Below the pieces are notes generated by a model, which was given only the letters and a program-made list of their open reading frames with translations, ran no database searches and had not been told where the DNA came from. Below are positions 1 through 10,032 of a stretch of 64,000 nucleotides of DNA, piece after piece (position 1 is the first letter of the stretch; the number at the start of each line of letters is the position of its first letter). A program made the translations under genes and the position numbers. The DNA comes from Candidatus Omnitrophota bacterium (GTDB lineage: Bacteria > Omnitrophota > Gorgyraeia > Zapsychrales > Fredricksoniimonadaceae): positions 145,631 to 209,630 of the forward strand of contig JBGAJA010000004.1 in NCBI GenBank assembly GCA_044225175.1, in the 5' to 3' direction.

Positions 1-593
1 TCATCTTTCTTAGAATTCTGAGCACCAGTAACTACGCCAGAATCATTTTTGAAGTAGATTAAATCTAATGTTAATGGCTTGTAATCAAAGATTGCCTTGA
101 CACCATCATAACTTGTTCTCTTGGTGAAATCAGCAGCCACACCAGCTAAAGGACCGGTAGCCACGTTATTAGCACCACCATCACCCATAACTAAACCATT
201 ACCATAAGCAAACACTTGACGACCAACACTGACTGTGAGTGGTGAATATAAAAACTCACGTAATGTAGCGTAAGCTAAGTAAAGGTTAACATCGGTATCA
301 TTACTACCTGCAAAGGTTTCTCCACCCCAAGCACGTTCGTTAATCAAACCAACGGTTGTTGACACATTGTCGCTTAAATCAGCATCAATGCGTAAACGGG
401 TTTGAGTAAGAAATGCGCTTTGAGCTGATAAACCAGCAGTTTCAATACCGCTTCCAGATTTTTGACCTAAGTTAAATTCATTACGATTAACATACCAAGA
501 ATCGATGTCGCCAGACACTTTTACGTTCTGGACAGCAGCGAAAGCCGGAGCAGCCATAAGGACAGCAGCGACTAAGACTAATAATTTTTTCAT
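1..593 (-). CDS. outer-membrane beta-barrel / porin-like protein, N-terminal ~197 aa; the gene runs off the window start
   Basis: A minus-strand ATG (plus-strand 'cat' at 591-593) opens a frame with no in-window stop. Translation begins MKKLLVLVAAVLMAAPAFAAVQNVKVSGDIDSWYVNRNEF, a Sec signal peptide (AFA|AV). It continues as Gly/Asn/Ser/Tyr-rich, beta-strand-like sequence. It is absent from the ORF track because it is incomplete. Confidence 0.45.
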   Translation of the reverse strand, partial: MKKLLVLVAAVLMAAPAFAAVQNVKVSGDIDSWYVNRNEFNLGQKSGSGIETAGLSAQSAFLTQTRLRIDADLSDNVSTTVGLINERAWGGETFAGSNDTDVNLYLAYATLREFLYSPLTVSVGRQVFAYGNGLVMGDGGANNVATGPLAGVAADFTKRTSYDGVKAIFDYKPLTLDLIYFKNDSGVVTGAQNSKKD

Positions 594-938
594 TTGTTTT
601 CTCCAAAAATTTAGTACCAGGTAACTTCTAAAGCACTTGGCACTAGGATTAAACTCTATATATACTAGGTGTCTATTGGCCTAGGAAAATGACAATCATA
701 GACCCCGTTTGATGATTCGACCGTTTCTATATCATCCCTCCTTTCTCAGTCACAATTAAATCACCAGGGTGGAAAAGTGAAACCATTCTGCCATCCTCAA
801 ATTATCATGTCAAGGATTTTCAGAAAAATTTTACTAGTTATTTTTTATTAATAGAATTTGAAAAGAATAATGAAAAACGAAAAGAATCTTAAAGGACTAC
901 AAGTTATTATATATCAATAACTTACGATCTTTATGATA

Positions 939-1598
939 TTATTCGGTCATCCCGTGGGTATGTTTAATATCGCGTCCTTCTACAATATAAATGACTTCTT
1001 CTGCAATATTTGTTGATAAATCTGCGATGCGTTCCAAGTTATGAGCAATGCGCATGACCTGTAAACAGCGCGGTATTGCCTCTTTTTGAGTCCTCATGAA
1101 TTCAGTCAAATCTTTAAGAATCTTGTCCCCTGCGTCATCTACTATATTATCCCTCTGGCACACCGCTTGAGCCTGGGCTACATCTTCATTAACAAAGGCA
1201 CTAATACTGTCTTTAAGCATAAGAACGGAGTTTTCAGCCATAATACGCAAATCATCACTGGAACCTGGAATAGGGTTTTTAAGCAAAAGATGGGCACTTT
1301 CGCAGATATTGACTGTATGATCGGCCATACGTTCTAAGTCTTTATTCATCTTAATGATCATAATAACTAAGCGTAAATCACGCGCTACAGGCTCAAATTG
1401 GGCAATAATCTCAACACACATCTTCTCTATAGAGCGATCATAATCATTCACCTTTGGCTCATTGGTGTTCATGACTTCCTCTAATAAGGCGAAATTCTTA
1501 TCCAAAAGCCCCCTAATGCTCTTATTAATCATATCTTCTACTAGAGAAGCATCTTCTAAAAGCTGCTGTTTAACCTCAATGATTTTTTCCTTTAGCAT
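939..1598 (-). CDS. phoU: phosphate signalling complex protein PhoU
   Basis: The 219-aa product has two PhoU repeats. It is the last gene of the pst operon. The track start at 1619 is TTG; the ATG at 1598 sits behind an AAGGA and is preferred. Confidence 0.85.
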   Translation of the reverse strand: MLKEKIIEVKQQLLEDASLVEDMINKSIRGLLDKNFALLEEVMNTNEPKVNDYDRSIEKMCVEIIAQFEPVARDLRLVIMIIKMNKDLERMADHTVNICESAHLLLKNPIPGSSDDLRIMAENSVLMLKDSISAFVNEDVAQAQAVCQRDNIVDDAGDKILKDLTEFMRTQKEAIPRCLQVMRIAHNLERIADLSTNIAEEVIYIVEGRDIKHTHGMTE

Positions 1599-1611
1599 AG
1601 TTCCTTTTCTT

Positions 1612-2376
1612 TTAACCAAATTTGCCGGTTAAATACTCTTCCGTACGTTTATTTTTAGGTACAGTGAACATTTTAGACGTATTATCATATTCAATCAAGT
1701 CTCCCATATATAGGAAGGCCGTGTAGTCTGAAACACGAGCTGCTTGAGCCGTATTATGGGTCACAATGACTAGTGTATACGTTTCCTTTAATTTATTAAT
1801 TAATTCTTCGATCTTTGATGTTGCAATAGGATCCAGAGCCGAACAAGGCTCATCAAACAAAATCACCTGAGGTTTCACAGCCAAAGTTCTAGCAATGCAT
1901 AAGCGCTGCTGCTGACCTCCTGAGAGAGAATAAGCAGATTCATTCAATCGATCTTTAACTTCATCCCACAAAGCAGATTTACGCAAACTATCTTCAACCA
2001 CCTCATTGATATAGTTATTATCCTTGATTCCCTGAATCTTTAGCCCATAGGCAATGTTCTCATAAATACTCTTGGGAAATGGATTAGGCCTTTGAAACAC
2101 CATTCCGATCTCACGCCTCAAATCAGTAACATCAACGGAAGACTCGTAAAGATCTTTGCCTTTATAGAGCATTTTCCCCTGATAATTAAAAGATAAAACC
2201 AGGTCATTCATACGGTTTAAACAACGCAGCAAAGTACTTTTTCCACATCCAGAAGGACCCATTAAAGCTGTCACACTTTTTGGATGAATGTCCATACTGA
2301 TCTTATTTAAAACCTGCTTTTTGCCATAACAGGATGTTAACTCTTGAATTTCGAAAATACCTTTTTTGTCAGACAT
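1612..2376 (-). CDS. pstB: phosphate ABC transporter ATP-binding protein PstB
   Basis: It has a Walker A motif (GPSGCGKST), the ABC signature LSGGQQQR and a Walker B motif ILFDEP. The likely start is [11 protein letters not shown] (ATG at 2376), directly after the pstA stop. The track's N-terminal extension is unlikely. Confidence 0.9.
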   Translation of the reverse strand: MSDKKGIFEIQELTSCYGKKQVLNKISMDIHPKSVTALMGPSGCGKSTLLRCLNRMNDLVLSFNYQGKMLYKGKDLYESSVDVTDLRREIGMVFQRPNPFPKSIYENIAYGLKIQGIKDNNYINEVVEDSLRKSALWDEVKDRLNESAYSLSGGQQQRLCIARTLAVKPQVILFDEPCSALDPIATSKIEELINKLKETYTLVIVTHNTAQAARVSDYTAFLYMGDLIEYDNTSKMFTVPKNKRTEEYLTGKFG

Positions 2377-2378
2377 CT

Positions 2379-3266
2379 CTAATACCTTTTTTGATGTTTT
2401 TGGCGTAAGAATACGGCAAGCGCATTCATGCATAAAGTAATGAGCAACAATACCACAATGGCCGCAGCGGCACAAGCGATAAAGCCTTTTTGTGGACGAG
2501 AAACCCAGTTAAAAATTTGAATTGGCATAACAGTAAATGCTTCAAAAAATCCGTGAAAGGACAGATGAAGGTATGGAAATTGACCGTTGAAACTTACTGG
2601 CGAACTAGGCAGGAATGGAATATATGTGAGCGCACCAATCGTAATGAGCGGCGCTGTCTCTCCAATTGCCCGTGACAAAGCCAAAATAATTCCCGTCATA
2701 ATGTTCCCAAAGGCCATAGGAAGCACTTGAAAAAGAACAGTTTGCCATCTAGTTGCCCCCAAAGCATACGATGCTTCACGAATTGAAAAAGGAACTGCTC
2801 GCAAAGCCTCCCTGGTTGATAAAATGATGACCGGCAGAATCAAAAGAGCTAATGTCATACCACCCGCCATTACACTTCGATCCAAATGCATATAGCGAAC
2901 AAAAATTCCTAACCCTAATAAACCATAAATAATAGAAGGAACACCTGCTAAATTGGCAATGTTAATCTCAATAAAATCCGTGAACCAATTCTTTCTAGCA
3001 TACTCTTCAAGATAAATTCCTGAGGCAATTCCAATTGGAACGGCTAAAAGAGCAGTTGTAAACATAACCCATACTGTGCCCACCCAAGAGGATAAAATAC
3101 CTGCTTGTTCTGGCTTTCGAGATGGATAATGTGTCAAAAAATCCCAACTTAAGCGTGGCAAACCATCCGAACACACATCCCATAGTAAAACGGCTAGCAC
3201 GACTAAACCTAACATCGTACAGACAAATCCAACCGCATTAAACCACTTATCCCACATTTTAACCAT
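2379..3266 (-). CDS. pstA: phosphate ABC transporter permease PstA
   Basis: It is a polytopic permease with the EAA-like loop of the PstA/PstC family. It is translationally coupled to pstC and pstB. Confidence 0.85.
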   Translation of the reverse strand: MVKMWDKWFNAVGFVCTMLGLVVLAVLLWDVCSDGLPRLSWDFLTHYPSRKPEQAGILSSWVGTVWVMFTTALLAVPIGIASGIYLEEYARKNWFTDFIEINIANLAGVPSIIYGLLGLGIFVRYMHLDRSVMAGGMTLALLILPVIILSTREALRAVPFSIREASYALGATRWQTVLFQVLPMAFGNIMTGIILALSRAIGETAPLITIGALTYIPFLPSSPVSFNGQFPYLHLSFHGFFEAFTVMPIQIFNWVSRPQKGFIACAAAAIVVLLLITLCMNALAVFLRQKHQKRY

Positions 3267-4156
3267 TACTGGTACACCTCACGAAACTTCTTCTTCAAAT
3301 GAAAACTAATCATGTTTAAAAAGAAAGTGATCACGAATAAAGTCATGCCACAAACGAAGATAGTCTTATATTCCAAGCTGCCATAAGGAGTATCCCCTAA
3401 AGAAATTTGGACAATATAAGCTGTAATTGTCTCAACCGGAACCAGGGGATTTAAAGTCAGTGTAGCCTGTTGACCAGCCGCAATAGCCACAATCATGGTT
3501 TCTCCAACGGCTCGAGAAATAGCTAAAATAATAGCTGCCGTAATTCCTGATAACGCCGCTGGAAAAACAATACTAAAAGCCACTTGAATTTTTCTAGCTC
3601 CTAATGCATAAGCTCCCTCTCTCAAACTCATAGGAACAGCATTCATAGCATCTTCACTTAATGAAGCTACAAGAGGAATGATCATAATTCCCATGACTAA
3701 ACCAGCAGACAAGGCATTAAAGCCAGAAAGGCCAGGAATAAACGATCTTAATAATGGAGTGACAAAAAGTAAGGCAAAATAACCGTAGACCACGGTTGGA
3801 ACTGCAGCAAGAATTTCTAATAATGGTTTAACGGTATTGCGAAGACGTGAGGATGCATATTCACTTAAATAAATAGCACTAATTAAACCAATCGGTACCG
3901 CAACGATTAAAGCAATGACTGTTGTTAAAAATGTTCCACTTAACAATGGCCAAATGCCATAATGCTTTTGGGTGAACATTGGCGTCCATTGGGCATCAAA
4001 GATGAATTTTGTCCAAGGAACTGCTTGAAAAAAGCCAACCGTCTCAGACATCAAAACATAAATAATGCCAGCTGTAGTTAAAACAGATAAGAGGCTGCAT
4101 CCCATCAGCAGCCTCTCAATCATCCATTCTGTAATCTGTCGTGCTTGCTTATTCAT
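3266..4156 (-). CDS. pstC: phosphate ABC transporter permease PstC
   Basis: It is a 296-aa, 6-TM permease lying between pstS and pstA. Its start overlaps the pstS stop at 4154-4158. Confidence 0.85.
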   Translation of the reverse strand: MNKQARQITEWMIERLLMGCSLLSVLTTAGIIYVLMSETVGFFQAVPWTKFIFDAQWTPMFTQKHYGIWPLLSGTFLTTVIALIVAVPIGLISAIYLSEYASSRLRNTVKPLLEILAAVPTVVYGYFALLFVTPLLRSFIPGLSGFNALSAGLVMGIMIIPLVASLSEDAMNAVPMSLREGAYALGARKIQVAFSIVFPAALSGITAAIILAISRAVGETMIVAIAAGQQATLTLNPLVPVETITAYIVQISLGDTPYGSLEYKTIFVCGMTLFVITFFLNMISFHLKKKFREVYQ

Positions 4157-5088
4157 TAACGAGTATGTGTTGATCCCATGGTTTTTGCTTGAAAACGTTC
4201 CTTAGTCTTTGCCAAATCACCTTCATGCAGCGGAACATACCCTACTTCTTTAGCTAATTCTGAAGCATTTGCCAAGTAAAATTCTACAAATTTTTGGACA
4301 GATGGTTTTTCTGCCAAAGATTTCTTGCTTACGTATATAAACAATGGCCGAGATAAAGGAGAATAAGAACCATCTTGGACAGTTTCAATCGACGGACTAA
4401 CAGGATTTCCTGATTTTCCAACAATTGGAACAATTTTTAACTTATTCATATTCTGTTCATAATAAGCAAGTCCAAAATATCCTAAACCAGCTGTTTCTGA
4501 AGAAACACCTTCAACTAAAACATTATCATCTTCACTTGCCGTATAATCCCCCCGGCTTGCGGAAGTCTTGCCATTAATGACTTCTGTAAAATAGTCAAAT
4601 GTTCCAGAATCAGTCCCAGCCCCAAACAATTTAATTTCTTGATCTGGAAATCCAGCTCGAACCTGACTCCATTTTGTAATCTTACCTTGAGCAGATGGCT
4701 GCCAAATGGTTTTTAATTCATCAACTGTTAAATAATCAACCCAAGTATTCCTAGGGTTAATAACAACAGCTAAACCATCATAAGCTATTTCAAGTTCAAT
4801 GTATTCAATTGCAGATTCTTTACATGCAGTGATTTCTGATGCTTTAATTGGACGAGAGGCATTACTAATATCGGTTTCTCCACGACAAAAACGTTTGAAT
4901 CCTCCACCTGTTCCCGAAATACCAACCATCACCTTATCTGAGGAAACCTTACCAAACTCTTCAGCAACTGCTTCTGTGATTGGAAAAACAGTAGATGATC
5001 CATCTGCTTTAATAATAGCTGCCCAAGCTCCTGAGGAAAGGCTGACACATAGCAAACCCGCCATTGTTAAACTTAAGAAATTTTTCAT
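4156..5088 (-). CDS. pstS: phosphate-binding protein PstS
   Basis: It has a signal peptide and the periplasmic Pi-binding fold motifs [13 protein letters not shown] and GTGGGF. Confidence 0.85.
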   Translation of the reverse strand: MKNFLSLTMAGLLCVSLSSGAWAAIIKADGSSTVFPITEAVAEEFGKVSSDKVMVGISGTGGGFKRFCRGETDISNASRPIKASEITACKESAIEYIELEIAYDGLAVVINPRNTWVDYLTVDELKTIWQPSAQGKITKWSQVRAGFPDQEIKLFGAGTDSGTFDYFTEVINGKTSASRGDYTASEDDNVLVEGVSSETAGLGYFGLAYYEQNMNKLKIVPIVGKSGNPVSPSIETVQDGSYSPLSRPLFIYVSKKSLAEKPSVQKFVEFYLANASELAKEVGYVPLHEGDLAKTKERFQAKTMGSTHTR

Positions 5089-5114
5089 TTTCTAACCTTT
5101 CTTTATCTGTTTAT

Positions 5115-6386
5115 TTAAAATTTAAGATTAAGATCTGCTTGAAACACTGACTGTGGATTCTTGACTGCTTTGATACGCTGGTCCCTATAATAATCAAATC
5201 CTAAAGAAACATTCTTGGTTAAACCATACTGTAGTTCCCATTCATTTCCCTTAACATCTGTAGCACCTCCTAGGCGATCTGAATCGGGAAATGCATCAGG
5301 AAAAGCATCTTTTCCTAAATTAGTGTATTGATACTTAAGCTGCCATTGCTTAGGACCTGCAACTTTTTCATCACCAATTTTAACACCAGCAGCCCAACCA
5401 GTATCGTCATCTTCAACAGCATTGGTAATATTCTTAATATAATCACCAAAAATGGCAAAACGTTCAATAGGTAAAATTTCAATTGGCTTCTTAACACCCA
5501 TTTCTACGGTCAATCCCATGGAATCATAATCATACTTCAAAACAGAACCAGCTAAGGTGTTAGATGAAGAGGTTCCATCTAACGTAATTCCTTTAACACC
5601 ATTGAATCCATAATAATTCCCCGCTAATGTTGCATCAAAAATGCCTTCATTAACTTTAAAACCAGCTTGAGTATATATTAGAAAAGGATCTGTGCGATCA
5701 GATTTATTGTTTTCATCAATAACCCATGCGCCTACATTTCCAAATACTGAGACTAAATCATTGAATTTATGATCTAAATGAACTGCCGCACCTGCAGGAT
5801 TAATGTCCGTATCCCACAACATATCGGAAGTCGTCCATAAATAATCTGATTTAACAAATTTACCAGCAATAACCTTACCCCATGTAAAAGGCTGATATTG
5901 TCCATAAGCATAGTCAATACGGACATCCCCTCTACGGAACGAATCATTAAATGTCATATTAGTTGAACGAGCATCATCAGTTGCAGTTCCGGTGCTATCG
6001 ACTTCAGAACTAGATAAACCAGCTCCAACCTTCCATTGGGTGTTAATCTGATTCTCAAGGCCTAAACGAAGTCTTAAACGTCCCCGTGTGCGGCTTTCTG
6101 TATCATTAGAACGTCTTTCATATTGATATCGAACACGCGCATCACCTTTAAGTGTAGTCTTTTTGACCCAATCAGGAACAACTGCTTTTGCAGAGTCTTC
6201 ATTAATAATTTTTGCATCTTCCGCTATTTCTAGCTTTAATTCGCGGGCTTCATGTTTATCCAAAATACCTTTTTCAACCAATTTCTGGATCAAAGAATCC
6301 ACTTGGGTGGAAGCAGCCCAGGAATTAGCTGGAACAACACTAACCATTGCTACAATAATTGATAACAACATACAAAATCTCTTCAT
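5115..6386 (-). CDS. outer-membrane porin, probably phosphate-selective (OprO/OprP-like), first gene of the pst operon
   Basis: It has a signal peptide (ANSWA|AS) and is beta-rich with alternating hydrophobics. The C-terminus ends ...DLNLKF, the terminal Phe of an OMP. It sits immediately upstream of pstS on the same strand, behind an SD AAGGAGGA. Confidence 0.6.
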   Translation of the reverse strand: MKRFCMLLSIIVAMVSVVPANSWAASTQVDSLIQKLVEKGILDKHEARELKLEIAEDAKIINEDSAKAVVPDWVKKTTLKGDARVRYQYERRSNDTESRTRGRLRLRLGLENQINTQWKVGAGLSSSEVDSTGTATDDARSTNMTFNDSFRRGDVRIDYAYGQYQPFTWGKVIAGKFVKSDYLWTTSDMLWDTDINPAGAAVHLDHKFNDLVSVFGNVGAWVIDENNKSDRTDPFLIYTQAGFKVNEGIFDATLAGNYYGFNGVKGITLDGTSSSNTLAGSVLKYDYDSMGLTVEMGVKKPIEILPIERFAIFGDYIKNITNAVEDDDTGWAAGVKIGDEKVAGPKQWQLKYQYTNLGKDAFPDAFPDSDRLGGATDVKGNEWELQYGLTKNVSLGFDYYRDQRIKAVKNPQSVFQADLNLKF

Positions 6387-6647
6387 GCTTCCTCCTTACA
6401 CTTTGGGGTTAAAAAACTTAAACCTTTTTAGGGTGAATGAAAATCAAAATAAGTATAGGTCTCTTATGTTAAGGTTGTGTTAAGACAGGATAAAATCTTT
6501 GCGAAGACTAGACCGCTTCACTTTCTAAGGGAAGAACCAAATCCATAAGGAATTGCAGTATGCTTAATGTCATATTCACCTCACTTGTTATTTTCTATAA
6601 CAAGTTTAGATGGAATATATTAAGACAGGATAAAGAAGAAAAGATTA

Positions 6648-7079
6648 TTATGTTAAGAGAAATTTGAGAACATCGTCGCGGGTAATGATGCCTTTAACAA
6701 AGCCATGTTCATCTACGATGGGAATACACCCAAATTTATGACTGACCATGTACTCTACAGCAGGATACAAAGAATCCTCTACTTTAAGGGTAAATATATC
6801 TTTGAACATCACATTCTTTAAGATGAAACTATTAAGAAGGTCTTTATCGTAAAACCACCTGCCATCTTCTAGCTTTCGGGGAGAATGAATTTTAAACAAC
6901 TCTCGTTGCGTGATTAGCCCTACTAGAGCACCACCATCACGAACAACTGGCAAATGTCGTATGTCATACAACTCAAACTTCTCATGAACCTTACTGAAAT
7001 CATCATTTTCGTTGACTGTGATCGCAGGAGAAGCCATAACATCTTTGATTTTTGTTTTCTTTAAGAAATCCATATGCAC
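6648..7079 (-). CDS. CBS-domain pair protein
   Basis: The 143-aa product has two CBS motifs (…HLPVVRDGGALVGLITQREL… and …GCIPIVDEHGFVKGIITRDDV…). Confidence 0.7.
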   Translation of the reverse strand: MHMDFLKKTKIKDVMASPAITVNENDDFSKVHEKFELYDIRHLPVVRDGGALVGLITQRELFKIHSPRKLEDGRWFYDKDLLNSFILKNVMFKDIFTLKVEDSLYPAVEYMVSHKFGCIPIVDEHGFVKGIITRDDVLKFLLT

Positions 7080-7120
7080 AAATTAAACTAAACCCCTCCT
7101 ATATACAAGAAAAAATTCAA

Positions 7121-7558
7121 TTAATTGATTCTTTCCCAATCAGCAATGCCACCTTGTATCAATAAAAAAGAAGGATGAATCTTTAATACCTTAATGTCCT
7201 TCACAGTCTTTAATAAATCGGGTTTTCTGATTAAAAGTTTATTTTGAAGATGCTCACGTTCGTATTCCGCCTGACCCATAGTGACATTAATAAGTGATAA
7301 ATGTTCAGTAAACTTCAAACAAATTTTAGAACGATTGAAAGAATAGTTACGGCTAACCGCATCATCACATACCCCATGCAAATAATTAGCAATAGCTTTT
7401 AAAGGATGGGCATGAGATTTAAAACGAATTAGTTGAGGATGGTTTTTATACCCTTTGGTATCTCCCATCAAAACTTTCTGCGCCAATAATCCTTCCCTCC
7501 ATAAAGCAACTAGGCCCTGAGGATCTAAGTATTGAGGATGTAGCGACCAAAGCCTCAT
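7121..7558 (-). CDS. putative pyrimidine-dimer DNA glycosylase (Pyr_excise family)
   Basis: The N-terminus MRLWSLHPQYLDPQGLVALWREGLLAQKVL matches my recollection of bacterial endonuclease-V-like PDG proteins. The assignment is from memory only. Confidence 0.5.
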   Translation of the reverse strand: MRLWSLHPQYLDPQGLVALWREGLLAQKVLMGDTKGYKNHPQLIRFKSHAHPLKAIANYLHGVCDDAVSRNYSFNRSKICLKFTEHLSLINVTMGQAEYEREHLQNKLLIRKPDLLKTVKDIKVLKIHPSFLLIQGGIADWERIN

Positions 7559-8085
7559 TTTTTGACAGGCGTTTGAACAGTAGATGAAGCATCGCTAACA
7601 TCTAAAACTTTGATCTTAAAGGTCAATTGCTTGCCCGCTAAAGGATGATTAAAATCCAAGACAACTTTATTACCTTTAATTTCTGTCACAACAGCAGGAA
7701 AATTCTCCCCATCTGGAGCTTGGGCTTCCAAAACTGTCCCAATTTTCAAATCTGCATTCTTAGGCATTTGGTCTTTAGAAAATTCTTTTAAGGCCTTGGG
7801 GTCAACTTCTCCGTAAGCATCTTTGGCTTCTACAACAATGACCTTCTCTTCTCCAACCTTCATTCCGTCAATGCCTTTTTCCAAGCCAGGGATAATAGTT
7901 TGATCACCAAATACAAATTCTAAAGGTGTTTTTCCAACGGAAGTTTCCAGCTGTTCATTATTAACCGTTAGAGTGTAATCCATTTTTATCTTCTTGCCTT
8001 TCACAACAACCTCATCTTTAGCAAAAGCAAAGCTTGTTAAACCCATCATCAAAACACCTATAACTAATATACGTAAATATTTCAT
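7555..8085 (-). CDS. FKBP-type peptidyl-prolyl cis-trans isomerase (SlyD/FkpA-like, secreted)
   Basis: The FKBP core is present (FVFGDQTIIPGLEKGIDGMKVGEEKVIVVEAKDAYG…LDFNHPLAGKQLTFKIKV). The real start is MKYLRILVIGVLMMGLTSFAFA (signal peptide, ATG at 8083-8085). The track's 113-aa N-extension overlaps the neighbouring gene and is rejected. Confidence 0.75.
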   Translation of the reverse strand: MKYLRILVIGVLMMGLTSFAFAKDEVVVKGKKIKMDYTLTVNNEQLETSVGKTPLEFVFGDQTIIPGLEKGIDGMKVGEEKVIVVEAKDAYGEVDPKALKEFSKDQMPKNADLKIGTVLEAQAPDGENFPAVVTEIKGNKVVLDFNHPLAGKQLTFKIKVLDVSDASSTVQTPVKK

Positions 8086-8104
8086 ACAACTTCCTTTCTT
8101 TGAG

Positions 8105-9160
8105 TTACTGACAAATTCCTTTAGAGCAATGTTGATCTGAAGGGCAAACATTTCGACAGGTCCCGCAATTATTAGCATCAATTTGGGTATTAGTACAAAT
8201 ATCATCACAGATGTCAAAACGACATTGACAGGCTCCTTTGATGCAGGCCATATTAACCGCACATACATTTCCGCATTCACCGCAATTATAATTATCTGAG
8301 GTAGTATTAATACATTTTTCCCCACAGGCTTTATAACCAGCATCTTCACAAAGACAATCACCCTTAAAACATGTTGAATTTGAAGGACAAACAATCCCAC
8401 AGTTTCCACAATTTTTGCGATCATTCTGCGTATCTACACACGTACCCTGACACGTTTCATGTGGACAAGTACATCTTCCATTGGAACAAATAGCTTGAGA
8501 AGGACAAGAATTGTCGCAACCCCCGCAATTATTTGAATCTGATAAACTGTTGATACACTCTCCATAACAACTGATATTATAATCTGAAGAACAGCACACT
8601 CCCTGAACACAACTTTGATCCTTAGCACATCCACCCTGACAATTTAAACACCCCTTCATCTTATCTGAGGGCCCGCAAATACCATTGCAACAAATATACT
8701 CATCACAACCCTCACCATTAGTCACACACATATCATCTATATCCAAACCCGAGACCTTTCCTCGATCATCAATATCTAATTTCTCTCCCACAACTCCATT
8801 AAAGCCCTTGGAATACAAAACATAAAATTTACCGTTGGCACTTTTTAAATAACCATATTCAGAACGCTGCGAGGACAGCGGATCATATAAGGGCCTGTCA
8901 ATTTTAGGGGTCTTAACTTTTGTAAGATATTGAGAGCCTACCGTACTACTTTTAGGTGGGTATACATGAGGTTGGGAAAATATGTAATAAGACGTTACAG
9001 CGGATTCCATGGTCTTTAATTCTCTAATGACTTGAGTTTGCTTTAAAGAATGGACCATGTGAAATGAACCTATTGCCACAGTTAAGATGGCTATACTGAA
9101 GACTCCCAACAATAATAATAGTTGATTTGAAGTAAATGCAGTTCGACAGGATCGATTCAT
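8105..9160 (-). CDS. secreted or membrane-anchored cysteine-rich repeat protein (tandem NNCGxC knot modules)
   Basis: It has an N-terminal hydrophobic anchor. The C-terminal half holds at least 4 tandem ~37-aa repeats: C[IV][DN]x3Dx2NCGxCx2[VS]Cx5Cx2GxCxC. Confidence 0.6.
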   Translation of the reverse strand: MNRSCRTAFTSNQLLLLLGVFSIAILTVAIGSFHMVHSLKQTQVIRELKTMESAVTSYYIFSQPHVYPPKSSTVGSQYLTKVKTPKIDRPLYDPLSSQRSEYGYLKSANGKFYVLYSKGFNGVVGEKLDIDDRGKVSGLDIDDMCVTNGEGCDEYICCNGICGPSDKMKGCLNCQGGCAKDQSCVQGVCCSSDYNISCYGECINSLSDSNNCGGCDNSCPSQAICSNGRCTCPHETCQGTCVDTQNDRKNCGNCGIVCPSNSTCFKGDCLCEDAGYKACGEKCINTTSDNYNCGECGNVCAVNMACIKGACQCRFDICDDICTNTQIDANNCGTCRNVCPSDQHCSKGICQ

Positions 9161-9219
9161 GGATAGTATATTACCAACGTTATTGAAGCTTGCAATTGCT
9201 TAGAAAATTATTTTCAACT

Positions 9220-10032
9220 TTAACGCTTAATAAAAAACTTAACAACCCATGCAAAAATAAAACACAGGCCGCAAGCAATGACAATGCTGGCCCCGGAAGA
9301 AACTCCCAAGAAGTAAGAACAATAGACTCCAGCAATACAGCAGGCTACTGTCATAAGAACTGCAATAATCATAAGAGGCACTAAACGATCCGTTAAAAGT
9401 CTAGCAGCAGCGCTTGGCACAACCAAAAGCGCATTAGTCAAAATTGCCCCCGTTGCCTGGATGCCAGTGACTACACTTAAAGACAAGAGAATCAACAACA
9501 AAAGCCTCAAACTATCTACATTAATTCCAATAGTTTGAGCATAATCGCGATCCACACAAAATAATTTTAATTCTTTATGTAGCAATATGAGAGTCGTCAC
9601 AATCACAATTGTAAGAACAATGATTAGTCCTAAATCGCCATTAGTCACTCCAAGAATATTTCCAAAAAGCATCGATGACATGTCGCGATAAGATTTTGTG
9701 GAACTTATGATCAATACCCCAAGGGCAAACATCACCGTTGGGATCATGCCCGTTGCAGTATCTTCATAAATCTTGTCATCCTTAGACAAGAATCCAATTA
9801 ATAATGCCGTCGTAATCACAGCCACAAATGCGCCAAAGAATAAATTCAGACCCAACACAAAAGCAATGACAATACCGGGTAATGCACTATGAGTGAGGGC
9901 ATGTCCAATATTAGACATCCGTCGCAAGACCACATAAACACCAAGCAAAGAGCAACTAATCCCCACTAAGACTGAGGCCAGAAGCGCTCGTTGGATAAAA
10001 CCATATTGCAAAGGTTCTAACAGGCTGTGCAT
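9220..10032 (-). CDS. metal (Zn/Mn) ABC transporter permease (ZnuB/MntB/TroC family)
   Basis: It is a 270-aa 8-TM permease with the typical FecCD/ABC-3 fold. It is the last gene of the binding protein-ATPase-permease operon. Confidence 0.8.
   Translation of the reverse strand: MHSLLEPLQYGFIQRALLASVLVGISCSLLGVYVVLRRMSNIGHALTHSALPGIVIAFVLGLNLFFGAFVAVITTALLIGFLSKDDKIYEDTATGMIPTVMFALGVLIISSTKSYRDMSSMLFGNILGVTNGDLGLIIVLTIVIVTTLILLHKELKLFCVDRDYAQTIGINVDSLRLLLLILLSLSVVTGIQATGAILTNALLVVPSAAARLLTDRLVPLMIIAVLMTVACCIAGVYCSYFLGVSSGASIVIACGLCFIFAWVVKFFIKR

Noticed and set aside
1086-5095. Plus-strand ORFs within the pst operon (1086..1337, 2490..2675, 4799..5095)
   Set aside because: They are antisense to the PhoU, PstA and PstS coding sequence and have no motifs.
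8086-8424. A 113-aa N-terminal extension of the FKBP ORF (track 7555..8424)
   Set aside because: The extension overlaps the 3' end of the Cys-rich gene in another frame. A signal-peptide start MKYLRIL at 8085 gives a normal secreted FKBP.
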